Of a DNA stretch of 64,000 bases, positions 1-9,432 are shown piece after piece. Position numbers and translations under genes: made by a program. Every line of letters starts with the position of its first letter. Within the stretch, counting starts at the first letter, position 1. Below the pieces are notes generated by a model. That model was not told where the DNA came from and did not search any database. It saw only the letters and a list, made by a program, of their open reading frames with translations. This DNA is from a virus. Location: positions 1 to 64,000 of the IMG/VR virus record IMGVR_UViG_3300047284_000202, one strand, 5' to 3'.

Positions 1-117
1 GGACAGATTGAGGATATTGCCCCACTGAATCAGATTAAAGTTATTGCTTATAAGGATAAGGTAGAGTGGAACTTAGAAAGTAAGTATAATATTGGTAAGA
101 AGAAAACTGCAGAATAA
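1..117 (+). CDS. regA: Translational repressor RegA, C-terminal fragment (truncated by window edge)
   Basis: Frame 1 reads GQIEDIAPLNQIKVIAYKDKVEWNLESKYNIGKKKTAE*, matching the RegA C-terminus; usual position before hsp20/gp43. Confidence 0.85.
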   Translation, partial: GQIEDIAPLNQIKVIAYKDKVEWNLESKYNIGKKKTAE

Positions 118-145
118 AAAAGGGGGCTCATGCCCCCTTTGTTTT
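116..145. terminator. Bidirectional intrinsic terminator between convergent genes
   Basis: AGGGGGC-tcat-GCCCCCT hairpin flanked by A and T runs. Confidence 0.8.
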
Positions 146-230
146 ATCCAAGTGTAGCAATGTAGTATTGTGCTTCTTGGAGTTTTCTTTGTTTAATAAT
201 TTGTTTGCGAATTACATTCAACCAGTTCAT
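144..230 (-). CDS. 28-aa hypothetical peptide
   Basis: MNWLNVIRKQIIKQRKLQEAQYYIATLG; GGAGG RBS; start overlaps the DUF4278 stop (ATGA). Confidence 0.6.
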   Translation of the reverse strand: MNWLNVIRKQIIKQRKLQEAQYYIATLG

Positions 231-385
231 TGTGCTACCTCCTGATTCTTACAGGGACGGTAGGCAACACCACGATAGGTGTTTTGTGGATGTGCTGGTG
301 CGTGAGTTTGGGAATACCACTTACGATATTCTTCTTTAGGGGTATCAGTGTTATACTGACAACCACGATATGTTGCTTGTGACAT
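227..385 (-). CDS. DUF4278-family small protein (52 aa)
   Basis: MSQATYRGCQY...TYRGVAY with two YRG motifs; AGGAG RBS; follows a glnA-like riboswitch. Confidence 0.8.
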   Translation of the reverse strand: MSQATYRGCQYNTDTPKEEYRKWYSQTHAPAHPQNTYRGVAYRPCKNQEVAQ

Positions 386-417
386 TAGGTTTTCTCCTTA
401 GTGTTTTAAGTTAAAGA

Positions 418-505
418 GCGTTCCTTCAGTCGGCTTTTGCGTCCCATTCGGGATGAACGATCCGTTCCGAGTCGGCTTACTTCCGTCTGGATTTCCAGAT
501 GAACG
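418..505 (-). ncRNA. Tandem glutamine riboswitch aptamers (glnA RNA motif-like)
   Basis: Minus strand CGUUCAUC-stem-GACGGAAGUAAGCCGACUCGGAACG then CGUUCAUC-stem-GACGCAAAAGCCGACUGAAGGAACG; closing stems CGUU/AACG; 5' of DUF4278. Confidence 0.8.
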
Positions 506-545
506 TATAATATCTATAATACTAAGAGTGTATCATATGATACAA

Positions 546-866
546 TTAATCTCTCTGCCTCCAGTCTTCGGGTTTATCCTCGGTGAAGAAGTCCACAATG
601 TCGTCCACGGTGCTGAACCCACTGATCCCCTTCCCCTCATGACCGATGCCTCCGATGTCCAGTTGGTTCAGGAAGTCGTCCATATCCCCCTCTACCATGT
701 CTGGGTTGGCTGCGGTCCTTCTTGCCTGCCTGAGCATCGTTCCTGCGGTCCTGTTTGCCTTGGCAAGCTTCTCTGCCCAGATCATATCTTCTAGTTTTAC
801 CTCTGCACCTTCAACAATTCTGTTACAGATATATTCAAGACGAAGACGATATTGTGTAGAGAGCAT
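546..866 (-). CDS. Conserved cyanophage-type hypothetical protein
   Basis: 106-aa ORF MLSTQYRLRLEYIC...DWRQRD; ATAAATA late-type motif upstream on the minus strand. Confidence 0.75.
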   Translation of the reverse strand: MLSTQYRLRLEYICNRIVEGAEVKLEDMIWAEKLAKANRTAGTMLRQARRTAANPDMVEGDMDDFLNQLDIGGIGHEGKGISGFSTVDDIVDFFTEDKPEDWRQRD

Positions 867-890
867 AATGTTATCTCAGATTGAAATTAT

Positions 891-980
891 TTATTGTGGA
901 TATGCATGAGTCATTCCCCAATAAACAAATGAAGTAATAGTTGAAAAGATTATTACTGCACTAATAATAGTATTCGTCAT
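891..980 (-). CDS. 29-aa hydrophobic peptide
   Basis: MTNTIISAVIIFSTITSFVYWGMTHAYPQ; single TM-like; overlaps the neighbouring ORF. Confidence 0.5.
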   Translation of the reverse strand: MTNTIISAVIIFSTITSFVYWGMTHAYPQ

Positions 981-1089
981 CGTATTCGTCTTCGTAGGTC
1001 GATGGTTCTTCGAAGAGTTCTTTCATTTTTAATTGAAATACTCTTTCTAGTAATTTTTTATAGTCTTCATCTTTCGTCTGCTCGTTCAT
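961..1089 (-). CDS. 42-aa acidic-tailed hypothetical peptide
   Basis: MNEQTKDEDYKKLLERVFQLKMKELFEEPSTYEDEYDDEYYY. Confidence 0.55.
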   Translation of the reverse strand: MNEQTKDEDYKKLLERVFQLKMKELFEEPSTYEDEYDDEYYY

Positions 1090-1189
1090 GAATCACTGCT
1101 ATTCCTATAATGGGTGTCATAATCAATGCTAGGCAGAGTATACCTAGAAATATTTGATTATTTAACAATTCAACTACTAAATGTCTCAC
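1067..1189 (-). CDS. 40-aa membrane peptide (GTG start)
   Basis: MRHLVVELLNNQIFLGILCLALIMTPIIGIAVIHERADER; GTGA start/stop overlap. Confidence 0.5.
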   Translation of the reverse strand: MRHLVVELLNNQIFLGILCLALIMTPIIGIAVIHERADER

Positions 1190-1341
1190 GGTTCTTTCGG
1201 GAAATTTTGTTCTTTGTAATTGTGTAATCTGTTAATTAAATGTCGGTATTCCGATTGTGTAAGAGTATTTGGACTTCCCATAATCATTTTGTTACAGGCA
1301 ACAATTAGTTTGTTGATGTCTGACTGAGATAGCATGTACAT
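1186..1341 (-). CDS. 51-aa hypothetical protein
   Basis: MYMLSQSDINKLIVACNKMIMG...; GAGG RBS upstream. Confidence 0.55.
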   Translation of the reverse strand: MYMLSQSDINKLIVACNKMIMGSPNTLTQSEYRHLINRLHNYKEQNFPKEP

Positions 1342-1647
1342 GCCGATACCTCTTTAACTGTAATTAACAAAGCACATTACAATAGTACCGTGTTTTCTCA
1401 TTTCGTCAAGACACTTTTTCCCCCAGCAGGTATTTCTCCATTCAGTTTTTCCGTTTGGGAGTAAAAGCATAATCGACAAGTATTTCACGGTACTATTACC
1501 TATGCTTGATTATTTAGTTTTTCATTTCGGTATCCCCAACAAAAATGTTGTGTTATCAATACATTCGTTTATGAACTGAAACACTAAATAATGATGGATG
1601 CCTTCGGGGTCCACTACCAAATTCTTGCTTATTTAAGGAGAAGTAAA

Positions 1648-2097
1648 ATGATCACTACCGAAACATTTTGGAAAGAATACGCACCTCACACTGTAGGTCT
1701 GGATGAAGTTTTTCATAGACTAGAAGCTATGTCTGGTCATAACATTAACTATCCTCCCTACAATTTAATCAAACATGATTCCAGTAATTTCACTATTGAA
1801 GTCGCACTTGCAGGATTTAAACGAGAAGAGATCGAAGTCTCTACTGAACAAAACATTCTCAGAGTTACCTCTAAGCATGAGGACAAAGATACTACAAGAA
1901 CTTACCTACACAAAGGATTATCAAAGAGAAGTTTCACAAGATCTTGGCAACTATCTGAAGACGTAAGAGTAAGAGATGTACTTTTCGAAGATGGACTTCT
2001 AACGATTGACCTAGAAAGAGTTATTCCCGATCACCAGAAAAGAACTGTTTACGATATTGGAGCAACAACCGAGAAACAACTACTCACAGAAAGTTGA
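1648..2097 (+). CDS. hsp20: Small heat shock protein Hsp20 (IbpA-like)
   Basis: NYPPYNLIK...IEVALAGF...YLHKGLSKRSF...DGLLTIDL alpha-crystallin domain; AAGGAG RBS supports the 1648 start. Confidence 0.95.
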   Translation: MITTETFWKEYAPHTVGLDEVFHRLEAMSGHNINYPPYNLIKHDSSNFTIEVALAGFKREEIEVSTEQNILRVTSKHEDKDTTRTYLHKGLSKRSFTRSWQLSEDVRVRDVLFEDGLLTIDLERVIPDHQKRTVYDIGATTEKQLLTES

Positions 2098-2248
2098 TAA
2101 ATAGATTTGGGGCTACACCCATTTATCGTCGTCGCAAACAAAGAAACACCTGGCAAATATCAGGATACTGTTTCTTTTTAACAATTTAAAACTGAATAGG
2201 GAGGAGGTCTTGACCACTCCCTTTTTTAATGCTATTATGGAGATCAGT

Positions 2249-2491
2249 ATGAATCATTACGTCAATCTATGTCCACCAGAATGTGAAGACATTGAAAATC
2301 TCAATATTGACATTCCTAGCCATTATATGGATGGGATTCTAGATCTCGCAAGAGAACTATCATACGAAAAAAATATCACTCTTCGAAAGAGTATGAGTGA
2401 ATTGTTCAAAGAATCATTTAAAACATTAATGGAGAAATCATATGAGCGTAAGAATCGTAAGACTACAAAACGGGGAGGACGTTATCGCTGA
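2249..2491 (+). CDS. Hypothetical protein
   Basis: ORF with GGAG RBS after a sigma70-like promoter. Confidence 0.6.
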   Translation: MNHYVNLCPPECEDIENLNIDIPSHYMDGILDLARELSYEKNITLRKSMSELFKESFKTLMEKSYERKNRKTTKRGGRYR

Positions 2492-2792
2492 TGTGAAAGA
2501 AGCACTCAATGATGACACCCTAGTTGGTCTTTTACTTACCGATCCTTATCAGGTTTATATTCAATCCGACCGTGTGATGGTAGAAACTGATAGTCCACAA
2601 AAGATCAATGATGTTCAAGTGCAATTTCTTCCATGGGCACCATTGTCTGAGAAAAATGAATTTCTTCTCAGACTGGAACAAATTGTAACTCTTTATAATG
2701 CCCATCCAGAAATTCTAGATCGTTATACACAAATTGTGGAGGTTACTACCGATGACAGTGAAACTACTGCTGCTGCAACAGAATCCGAATGA
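2442..2792 (+). CDS. Conserved T4-like hypothetical protein (Sm-like fold suspected)
   Basis: MSVRIVRLQNGEDVIA...PWAPLS; GGAG RBS; typical between hsp20 and gp43. Confidence 0.75.
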   Translation: MSVRIVRLQNGEDVIADVKEALNDDTLVGLLLTDPYQVYIQSDRVMVETDSPQKINDVQVQFLPWAPLSEKNEFLLRLEQIVTLYNAHPEILDRYTQIVEVTTDDSETTAAATESE

Positions 2793-3123
2793 ATATCTAA
2801 TTGGTTCTCTTACTGAATTGGATGAAGAACCAGCACTGTTCGTACAAAATTGTTACAAGATTGTTGAATGTGCAGAGTATGGAGCAGATCCAGAAAATTT
2901 GGTAAGCAGAGCACATACACTAGAAAATGATCATGTTAAACTTTCTGCACGAAAAGTTGATGAGGGTTCTAAAGATTGGTATGTTTACGAATATGTAATT
3001 CTTGAGAAATTTCCCAAATACTCAGATCAACGGGACCTCTTCTTGACAACCGACTCGATCTTCACTATACTGGATCCGACTGAGGAGATTCTCAAGTTGT
3101 ACAATCGTTGCCTAGGGAGTTGA
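2752..3123 (+). CDS. Hypothetical protein
   Basis: GGAGG RBS; stop overlaps the gp43 start. Confidence 0.7.
   Translation: MTVKLLLLQQNPNEYLIGSLTELDEEPALFVQNCYKIVECAEYGADPENLVSRAHTLENDHVKLSARKVDEGSKDWYVYEYVILEKFPKYSDQRDLFLTTDSIFTILDPTEEILKLYNRCLGS
3043..3071 (+). promoter_or_regulatory. Sigma70-type early promoter for gp43
   Basis: TTGACA-17-TATACT. Confidence 0.75.
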
Positions 3124-5615
3124 TGGATTTTTATACAAACGTTGAATTGGTGGGGGATGATATTCTCTTTCGTGGTTATGAAGGTTCCGACCGAGTAACT
3201 TACAGAGAGAGTTTCTCTCCCACTCTTTTTGTACCTTCTAAAGTTGAAACTAAATTCAAAACTCTAGAGGGACAAACAGTAAAACCAATTAAATTTACCA
3301 GTCCAAGGGATGCCCGTGAGTTCATCAAGAAGTATGAAAACGTAGAGGGATTTGACGTTCATGGATATGATAGGTTTGTATATCAATTCATTGCAGATAA
3401 ATATCCAAAACAGGTTGACTATGAATTTCAAGCTCTTCAGATATACACTATCGATATTGAGGTTGCATCAGAAAATGGTTTCCCTGATGTAGAATCTGTT
3501 GCAGAAGAAATTCTTTGTATGACGATTAAGAATCTGAATACAAAGGAGATCAACACTTGGGCAACCAGAGAATTTGATGCACCTTCGGGAGTTAATGTTC
3601 ACATCTTCGATGGTGAAGAGGCAATGATGCGTCACTTCATTGAGTGGTGGGCAAAGAATACTCCCGATATTGTGACTGGATGGAACTGCAATCTGTACGA
3701 CATTCCGTATATCTGTCGTCGTGTTTCACGTATCCTTAGTGATAAGTGGGCAAAGTCTCTGTCCCCCTGGAATCGCATTAAGGAAAATGAGATCTTTATT
3801 AAGGGTCGTAAGCAACTTTCTTATACGATTCTTGGTGTTTCGATTCTAGACTATCTGGATCTCTACAAGAAGTTCACTTACACAAACCAGGAATCTTATC
3901 GTCTCGATCATATTGCTTTCGTTGAACTAGATCAACGTAAGTTGGATCACAGTGAGTTTGAGAACTTCAAGGCATTCTATACGTATGGGTGGCAGAAGTT
4001 TATTGAGTACAACATCTTCGACGTGGAACTTGTTGACCGTCTGGAAGACAAGATGAAACTCATCGAACTTGCTGTTACGATGGCATACGACGCAAAGGTA
4101 AACTTTGAGGATGTATATTCTCAGGTTCGTATGTGGGATACTCTAATCTTCAACTTCCTCAAGGAAGATAATCTTGTCGTTCCCCCTAAGAAAACTGGAG
4201 TCAATAAGGACGAAAAGTATGAAGGTGCTTATGTGAAAGAACCTATCCCTGGTCTGTATGACTGGGTGGTGTCCTTTGACTTGAACTCCCTGTACCCCCA
4301 CCTGATCATGCAGTACAACATCAGTCCTGAGACCCTGCAGGACCACAGGCACCCCTCTGCGACCGTAGATCGTCTGCTCAACCAGGAACTCGATCTGGGT
4401 GCCCTCAGGGGGGAGACGGTCTGCCCAAACGGTGCGATGTACACTACATCTGAACAGGGATTCCTCCCTAAGATGATGCAGAAAATTTATGATGAACGTA
4501 CAATCTACAAGAAATTGATGATTGAGGCAAAGAAAGAATATGAGGTGACCAAGAACAAAGATCTCACTAAAAAGATCTCAAAGTACAACAACATTCAGAT
4601 GGCACGTAAGATCCAACTTAACTCTGCCTATGGTGCCATTGGTAATCAATACTTCCGTTATTATAACTTGTTGAATGCTGAAGCAATTACTCTATCTGGT
4701 CAACTTTCTATTCGTTGGATCGAAAAGAAACTGAATCAATATTTGAATACACATCTCAAGACTGAAGATCATGACTATGTTATTGCTATCGATACTGATT
4801 CCATCTATCTGTGTTTGGATAATCTGGTTGAAACTATATTCAAGGGAAGAGAGAAAACTACTGAAAGCATTGTTTCGTTCCTTGATAAGGTCTGTAAAAT
4901 GGAACTTGAAAAATATATTGAAAGTTCTTACCAAGAATTGGCAAACTATGTAAATGCTTACGATCAGAAGATGTTCATGAAACGTGAGACTATTGCAGAC
5001 AAAGGAATCTGGACTGCAAAGAAACGTTATATTCTGAATGCTTGGGATATTGAGGGTGTTCGATTCTCAGAACCTAAACTCAAGATCATGGGAATCGAAG
5101 CAGTTAAATCTTCTACTCCAGCACCATGCCGTCAGAAGATTAAAGATGCTCTCAAGATCATCATGACCAAAACTGAAGATGATCTTATTAAGTTTATTGA
5201 GCAGTTCCGTAATGAGTTTAAAGAACTTCCATTGGATCAAATTGCATTTCCTAGGAGTGCTAATAACTTAACTAAGTTTTCTAGTTCGGTTACTATTTAC
5301 GGTAAGGGAACCCCAATGCATGTTCGTGGAGTCCTTCTATATAATTTTTACATCAAAAAGAATAAACTGACTCACAAATATCCTGTGATCCAGGACGGTG
5401 AGAAGATTAAATATCTACTTCTTCGTACACCAAATAAGATCAACGAGAATGTGATTGCATTCTTGCAGACGTTTCCTGATGAACTAGGACTTGACAAATC
5501 GGTAGATCGTGACTTACAATTTGAGAAAAGTTTCGTCGAACCACTGAAGATCATCCTTGATATCATCGGTTGGAAAACTGAAAAAGTTAACACACTAGAA
5601 TTTTTGTTTGGATAA
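3123..5615 (+). CDS. gp43: DNA polymerase, family B (T4 gp43)
   Basis: Exo DIEV; SFDLNSLYPHLI; KIQLNSAYG; DTDS motifs. Confidence 0.98.
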   Translation: MDFYTNVELVGDDILFRGYEGSDRVTYRESFSPTLFVPSKVETKFKTLEGQTVKPIKFTSPRDAREFIKKYENVEGFDVHGYDRFVYQFIADKYPKQVDYEFQALQIYTIDIEVASENGFPDVESVAEEILCMTIKNLNTKEINTWATREFDAPSGVNVHIFDGEEAMMRHFIEWWAKNTPDIVTGWNCNLYDIPYICRRVSRILSDKWAKSLSPWNRIKENEIFIKGRKQLSYTILGVSILDYLDLYKKFTYTNQESYRLDHIAFVELDQRKLDHSEFENFKAFYTYGWQKFIEYNIFDVELVDRLEDKMKLIELAVTMAYDAKVNFEDVYSQVRMWDTLIFNFLKEDNLVVPPKKTGVNKDEKYEGAYVKEPIPGLYDWVVSFDLNSLYPHLIMQYNISPETLQDHRHPSATVDRLLNQELDLGALRGETVCPNGAMYTTSEQGFLPKMMQKIYDERTIYKKLMIEAKKEYEVTKNKDLTKKISKYNNIQMARKIQLNSAYGAIGNQYFRYYNLLNAEAITLSGQLSIRWIEKKLNQYLNTHLKTEDHDYVIAIDTDSIYLCLDNLVETIFKGREKTTESIVSFLDKVCKMELEKYIESSYQELANYVNAYDQKMFMKRETIADKGIWTAKKRYILNAWDIEGVRFSEPKLKIMGIEAVKSSTPAPCRQKIKDALKIIMTKTEDDLIKFIEQFRNEFKELPLDQIAFPRSANNLTKFSSSVTIYGKGTPMHVRGVLLYNFYIKKNKLTHKYPVIQDGEKIKYLLLRTPNKINENVIAFLQTFPDELGLDKSVDRDLQFEKSFVEPLKIILDIIGWKTEKVNTLEFLFG
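5491..5520 (+). promoter_or_regulatory. Sigma70-type promoter inside the gp43 3' end, for uvsX
   Basis: TTGACA-18-TACAAT. Confidence 0.55.
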
Positions 5616-5618
5616 ATT

Positions 5619-6656
5619 ATGGATTTTCTAAAAGAGATTGTAAAAGAGATTGGCAATGAGTATGCAACTGTTGTTGCTGATGGTGTTGCCACTGGTGACT
5701 GTGACACATTCATTGATACTGGGAGTTATATTTTTAATGCTCTACTGTCTGGATCTATTCATGGTGGAATTCCATCAAATAAGATCACTGCTATTGCTGG
5801 AGAATCATCAACTGGTAAAACATTCTTTTGCTTGAGTATTGTCAAGCATTATCTTGATAGCAATCCAGATGCTGGAGTCATCTATTTTGAATCGGAATCT
5901 GCTATCACTAAACAGATGATTGAGGATCGTGGTATTGATTCCTCTCGTATGATTATTGTTCCTGTTGTTACTGTTCAAGAATTTCGTACTCAATCGATTC
6001 GTATTCTTGATAAACTGCTGGAGCAGAAAGCAAAGGATCGTCAACCCCTAATGTTTGTTCTTGATTCTCTTGGTAATCTTTCTACCACAAAGGAAATTGA
6101 AGATAGTTCGGAAGGTAAAGAAACCAGGGATATGACCCGTTCTCAGGTTATTAAATCTGTATTCCGTGTTCTAACTTTGAAGTTGGGTAAAGTTGGTGTA
6201 CCAATGCTGGTTACTAACCATACATATGATGTGGTCGGTGCTTATGTGCCAACGAAGGAAATGGGTGGTGGATCTGGACTTAAGTATGCAGCATCTACTA
6301 TCATTCACCTAACCAAATCTAAGGAAAAGGATGGTACTGAAATTGTAGGTAACATCATTAAGTGTAAGGCACAGAAGTCAAGATTCACGAAGGAAAATTC
6401 AATCGCAGAAACTCGATTGTTCTATGATACTGGTCTTGATCCTTACTATGGTCTATTGGAACTTGGTGAAAAGCATGGAATTTTTTCCAAGTCAGCAGGA
6501 CGATACGAAATCAATGGTGTAAAAACTTATGCCAAAACAATTTTGAATGATCCTGACAAATATTTTACCCCCGAAATTATGGAGAAGTTAGATGTCGCAG
6601 CAGCAAAAGAATTCAGATACGGAAGCACAGTTTACGAAACTGAAGTACCTGACTGA
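5619..6656 (+). CDS. uvsX: RecA-like recombinase UvsX
   Basis: Walker A GESSTGKT; LDSLGNL; [12 protein letters not shown]. Confidence 0.96.
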   Translation: MDFLKEIVKEIGNEYATVVADGVATGDCDTFIDTGSYIFNALLSGSIHGGIPSNKITAIAGESSTGKTFFCLSIVKHYLDSNPDAGVIYFESESAITKQMIEDRGIDSSRMIIVPVVTVQEFRTQSIRILDKLLEQKAKDRQPLMFVLDSLGNLSTTKEIEDSSEGKETRDMTRSQVIKSVFRVLTLKLGKVGVPMLVTNHTYDVVGAYVPTKEMGGGSGLKYAASTIIHLTKSKEKDGTEIVGNIIKCKAQKSRFTKENSIAETRLFYDTGLDPYYGLLELGEKHGIFSKSAGRYEINGVKTYAKTILNDPDKYFTPEIMEKLDVAAAKEFRYGSTVYETEVPD

Positions 6657-7212
6657 TTATATTAAAGTTTATGATGATGTCCTCCCAAAAGAAACTTGCG
6701 AGCAACTGATCAAGGCATTTTCAGAATCTGAAGATGGTCATGAAAAGTTCGAGTATGATGGAAGACCAAACTTCACCCAATTGAATATCACAGATTATGC
6801 TGATAAAAATCCAGAATCTGTCTGGCATCCACTGCATGATCTGTTAGTTCAAGCAAGTCATAAGATGGGTGTTGCATATATGACTGAACTTGGAATGGGT
6901 CATTTTTGGCCAGATCAAAATGCTCTGGAACAATATCGAATGAAGTGGTATAAGAATGATGGTGTAGATCGTTTTGATACTCATGTTGATGTGGGTAATC
7001 ACGAAAGTGCAAAACGTTTTCTTGTCATGTTCTTTTATCTTAATGATGTTGAGGAAGGTGGAGAAACCGATTTCCCCACACTGGACTTTACAGTGAAACC
7101 GAAAGCTGGTAGACTGGTGATCTTCCCACCACTGTGGACCTACCCACATACTGGAAAACCACCGATTAGTGACGACAAATTTATCATTGGAACTTACCTC
7201 CACTATGTCTGA
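6592..7212 (+). CDS. 2OG-Fe(II) oxygenase
   Basis: HVD...[13 protein letters not shown]...YPH facial-triad motifs. Confidence 0.9.
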   Translation: MSQQQKNSDTEAQFTKLKYLTDYIKVYDDVLPKETCEQLIKAFSESEDGHEKFEYDGRPNFTQLNITDYADKNPESVWHPLHDLLVQASHKMGVAYMTELGMGHFWPDQNALEQYRMKWYKNDGVDRFDTHVDVGNHESAKRFLVMFFYLNDVEEGGETDFPTLDFTVKPKAGRLVIFPPLWTYPHTGKPPISDDKFIIGTYLHYV

Positions 7213-8587
7213 TAAGATTGAATCTATTATTATTTCTAAGTTGATTACTGAAGAGAAATATACCCGCAAGGTTATTCCCTTCATTAAACCAGAATACTTT
7301 GAAAATTATGTAGAGCAAGTTATTTTTACCGAGATCAATAAGCATGTGCAGGAGTATGGGACTCTCCCATCTCCTTCTATTCTTTCTATTGAGATTGAAA
7401 AGAGAAAAGATATTACAGATGATGTATACAAAGAATCATGTGAATATCTCAACCAAATAAACAAAGATAACTATAACTTTGAATGGTTAGTGAACACTAC
7501 TGAGAAGTGGTGTAAGGATCGTGCAGTATATCTTTCTTTGTTTGATGCTGTTCGAATCGCAGAAGGTAAAGATAAAGAACGTAGTAGAGATGCAATTCCT
7601 GCTATCTTATCCGAGGCACTTTCAATTAGTTTTGATGATCACGTAGGTCACGATTACATTGAAGATTACGAAAGTCGTTATGATTTCTATCATCGTAAAG
7701 AAGAAAAGATTCCCTTCGATCTGGAGTTTTTTAACAAGATCACCAAGGGTGGTCTACCTTCCAAAACACTCAATATTGCCTTGGCAGGAACGGGTGTTGG
7801 TAAATCTCTCTTCATGTGTCACTTTGCCAGTTCAGTCCTTCTTCAGGGGAAGAATGTTTTATACATTACTCTCGAAATGGCAGAAGAACGAATCGCAGAA
7901 AGAATCGACGCAAATCTTTTGAACGTAAGTGTTCAACAATTGCAGGATCTACCAAAACAGATGTATGAGAGTAAGATCATCAAACTTGCTCAAAAGACTG
8001 TAGGTAAACTAATCATTAAGGAGTATCCAACTGCATCTGCTCATGCTGGACATTTCAAAGCACTTCTTTCTGAACTTAGTTTGAAGAAAGGATTCAGTCC
8101 AGATATTATCTTTATTGATTACTTGAACATTTGTGGGAGCAGTCGTTACAAAGGTTCTATTGTAAATTCATATACCTATGTGAAAGCAATTGCAGAAGAA
8201 CTTCGTGGTTTGGCAGTTGAGTTCAATGTTCCTATCTTTAGTGCTACACAAACTACTCGTTCTGGATATAGTAGTACTGATGTGGATCTAACTGATACTT
8301 CAGAATCCTTTGGTCTTCCTGCTACTGCTGACTTGATGTTTGCTCTCATCAGCACAGAAGAACTGGAACAGATCAATCAGATCCTTGTCAAACAACTGAA
8401 AAACAGGTATAATGACCCTACGATGAATAAACGTTTCATCGTCGGAATAGATCGATCCAAAATGAGATTATATGATGTGGATCAATCAGCACAAGATAAT
8501 CTTCTAGATTCTGGTCAGGATGATGAAGAAGAGTCACCAAAACTTATGTTTGGTAAAAAAAGTACATTTGCAAGTCTAAAAGTTTGA
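7205..8587 (+). CDS. gp41: Replicative DNA helicase (T4 gp41)
   Basis: AGTGVGKS; IFIDYLN; SATQTTR; KQLKNRY. Confidence 0.97.
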   Translation: MSDKIESIIISKLITEEKYTRKVIPFIKPEYFENYVEQVIFTEINKHVQEYGTLPSPSILSIEIEKRKDITDDVYKESCEYLNQINKDNYNFEWLVNTTEKWCKDRAVYLSLFDAVRIAEGKDKERSRDAIPAILSEALSISFDDHVGHDYIEDYESRYDFYHRKEEKIPFDLEFFNKITKGGLPSKTLNIALAGTGVGKSLFMCHFASSVLLQGKNVLYITLEMAEERIAERIDANLLNVSVQQLQDLPKQMYESKIIKLAQKTVGKLIIKEYPTASAHAGHFKALLSELSLKKGFSPDIIFIDYLNICGSSRYKGSIVNSYTYVKAIAEELRGLAVEFNVPIFSATQTTRSGYSSTDVDLTDTSESFGLPATADLMFALISTEELEQINQILVKQLKNRYNDPTMNKRFIVGIDRSKMRLYDVDQSAQDNLLDSGQDDEEESPKLMFGKKSTFASLKV

Positions 8588-8595
8588 GGTAATTT

Positions 8596-9171
8596 ATGTC
8601 TAAACAAAATGCTGGTCTTGGTTTTGAAGATTCGGAATACGCAAAACGATATGAGGAAAAGGCAAAAGCATTTGCTGAAGATGCCCAGAAGGATGCTAAC
8701 TACAGTGTCGATGAGGCAAAGGAAACTGTCGAACGGATGAAGAATGCCCGAACAGAAAACATGCGAATGGAAGTTGATTTTCCTAAGTATGTTGAATTTG
8801 TTGATGGGATGACCAGTCGTGCATCGAAGAGTACTGAAACTTGGATTGAACGTATTCGTGAACTTCAGGAAGGTGGTCTTGATGTTTCTCGTTTGACTAC
8901 TGCTGCTGTTGGAATGTCTGCCGAAGCAGGTGAGTTTCAGGAGATTGTTAAGAAGATGCTGTTCCAAGGTAAACCTTGGACTGAAGATAACAAAGAGCAT
9001 CTGATCATTGAACTTGGTGATATCATGTGGTATGTTGCACAGGCATGTATGGCACTTGGTGTCGGTATCGATGATGTTGTGTGGAAGAACACTATGAAAC
9101 TCGCAAAACGTTATCCTTCTGGTGGATTTGATGTTAGTAAGTCTGAAAATCGTCAAGCAGGTGATCGGTAA
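8596..9171 (+). CDS. mazG: MazG nucleotide pyrophosphohydrolase
   Basis: AEAGEFQEIVKK...ELGDIMWY...KLAKRYP. Confidence 0.92.
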   Translation: MSKQNAGLGFEDSEYAKRYEEKAKAFAEDAQKDANYSVDEAKETVERMKNARTENMRMEVDFPKYVEFVDGMTSRASKSTETWIERIRELQEGGLDVSRLTTAAVGMSAEAGEFQEIVKKMLFQGKPWTEDNKEHLIIELGDIMWYVAQACMALGVGIDDVVWKNTMKLAKRYPSGGFDVSKSENRQAGDR

Positions 9172-9374
9172 TGGTTTACGAAAATCTTACGGAATTTGAG
9201 AGAGCACTTGCTCGTTTCGGTGATAAAGTAGATATGGTTGTTGGATTTGAGGTTGCTGGAAAACTATCTGCCGATGAAGCATATAAACAAATTAAAGAAA
9301 TGATGAAAGATCTCAAACGACTTCGTAAAAATGAAATCAAAGCTGGGAATGATCTAGATAACGATTCTTGGTAA
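9171..9374 (+). CDS. Conserved hypothetical protein
   Basis: 67-aa ORF coupled to mazG. Confidence 0.7.
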   Translation: MVYENLTEFERALARFGDKVDMVVGFEVAGKLSADEAYKQIKEMMKDLKRLRKNEIKAGNDLDNDSW

Positions 9375-9382
9375 TAAATTTT

Positions 9383-9419
9383 AAATTCCTCTCCTAAATA
9401 TTAAGAGAGGAATTTTTTA
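9383..9419 (+). terminator. Terminator hairpin with a late promoter-like CTAAATA in its loop
   Basis: AAATTCCTCTC/GAGAGGAATTT 11-bp stem followed by a T run. Confidence 0.7.
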
Positions 9420-9432
9420 TAGGTAGATACTA

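Noticed and set aside
453-909. Plus-strand ORFs 453-794 and 646-909
   Set aside because: They arise from the GC-rich patch opposite the real minus-strand gene, and one overlaps the riboswitch
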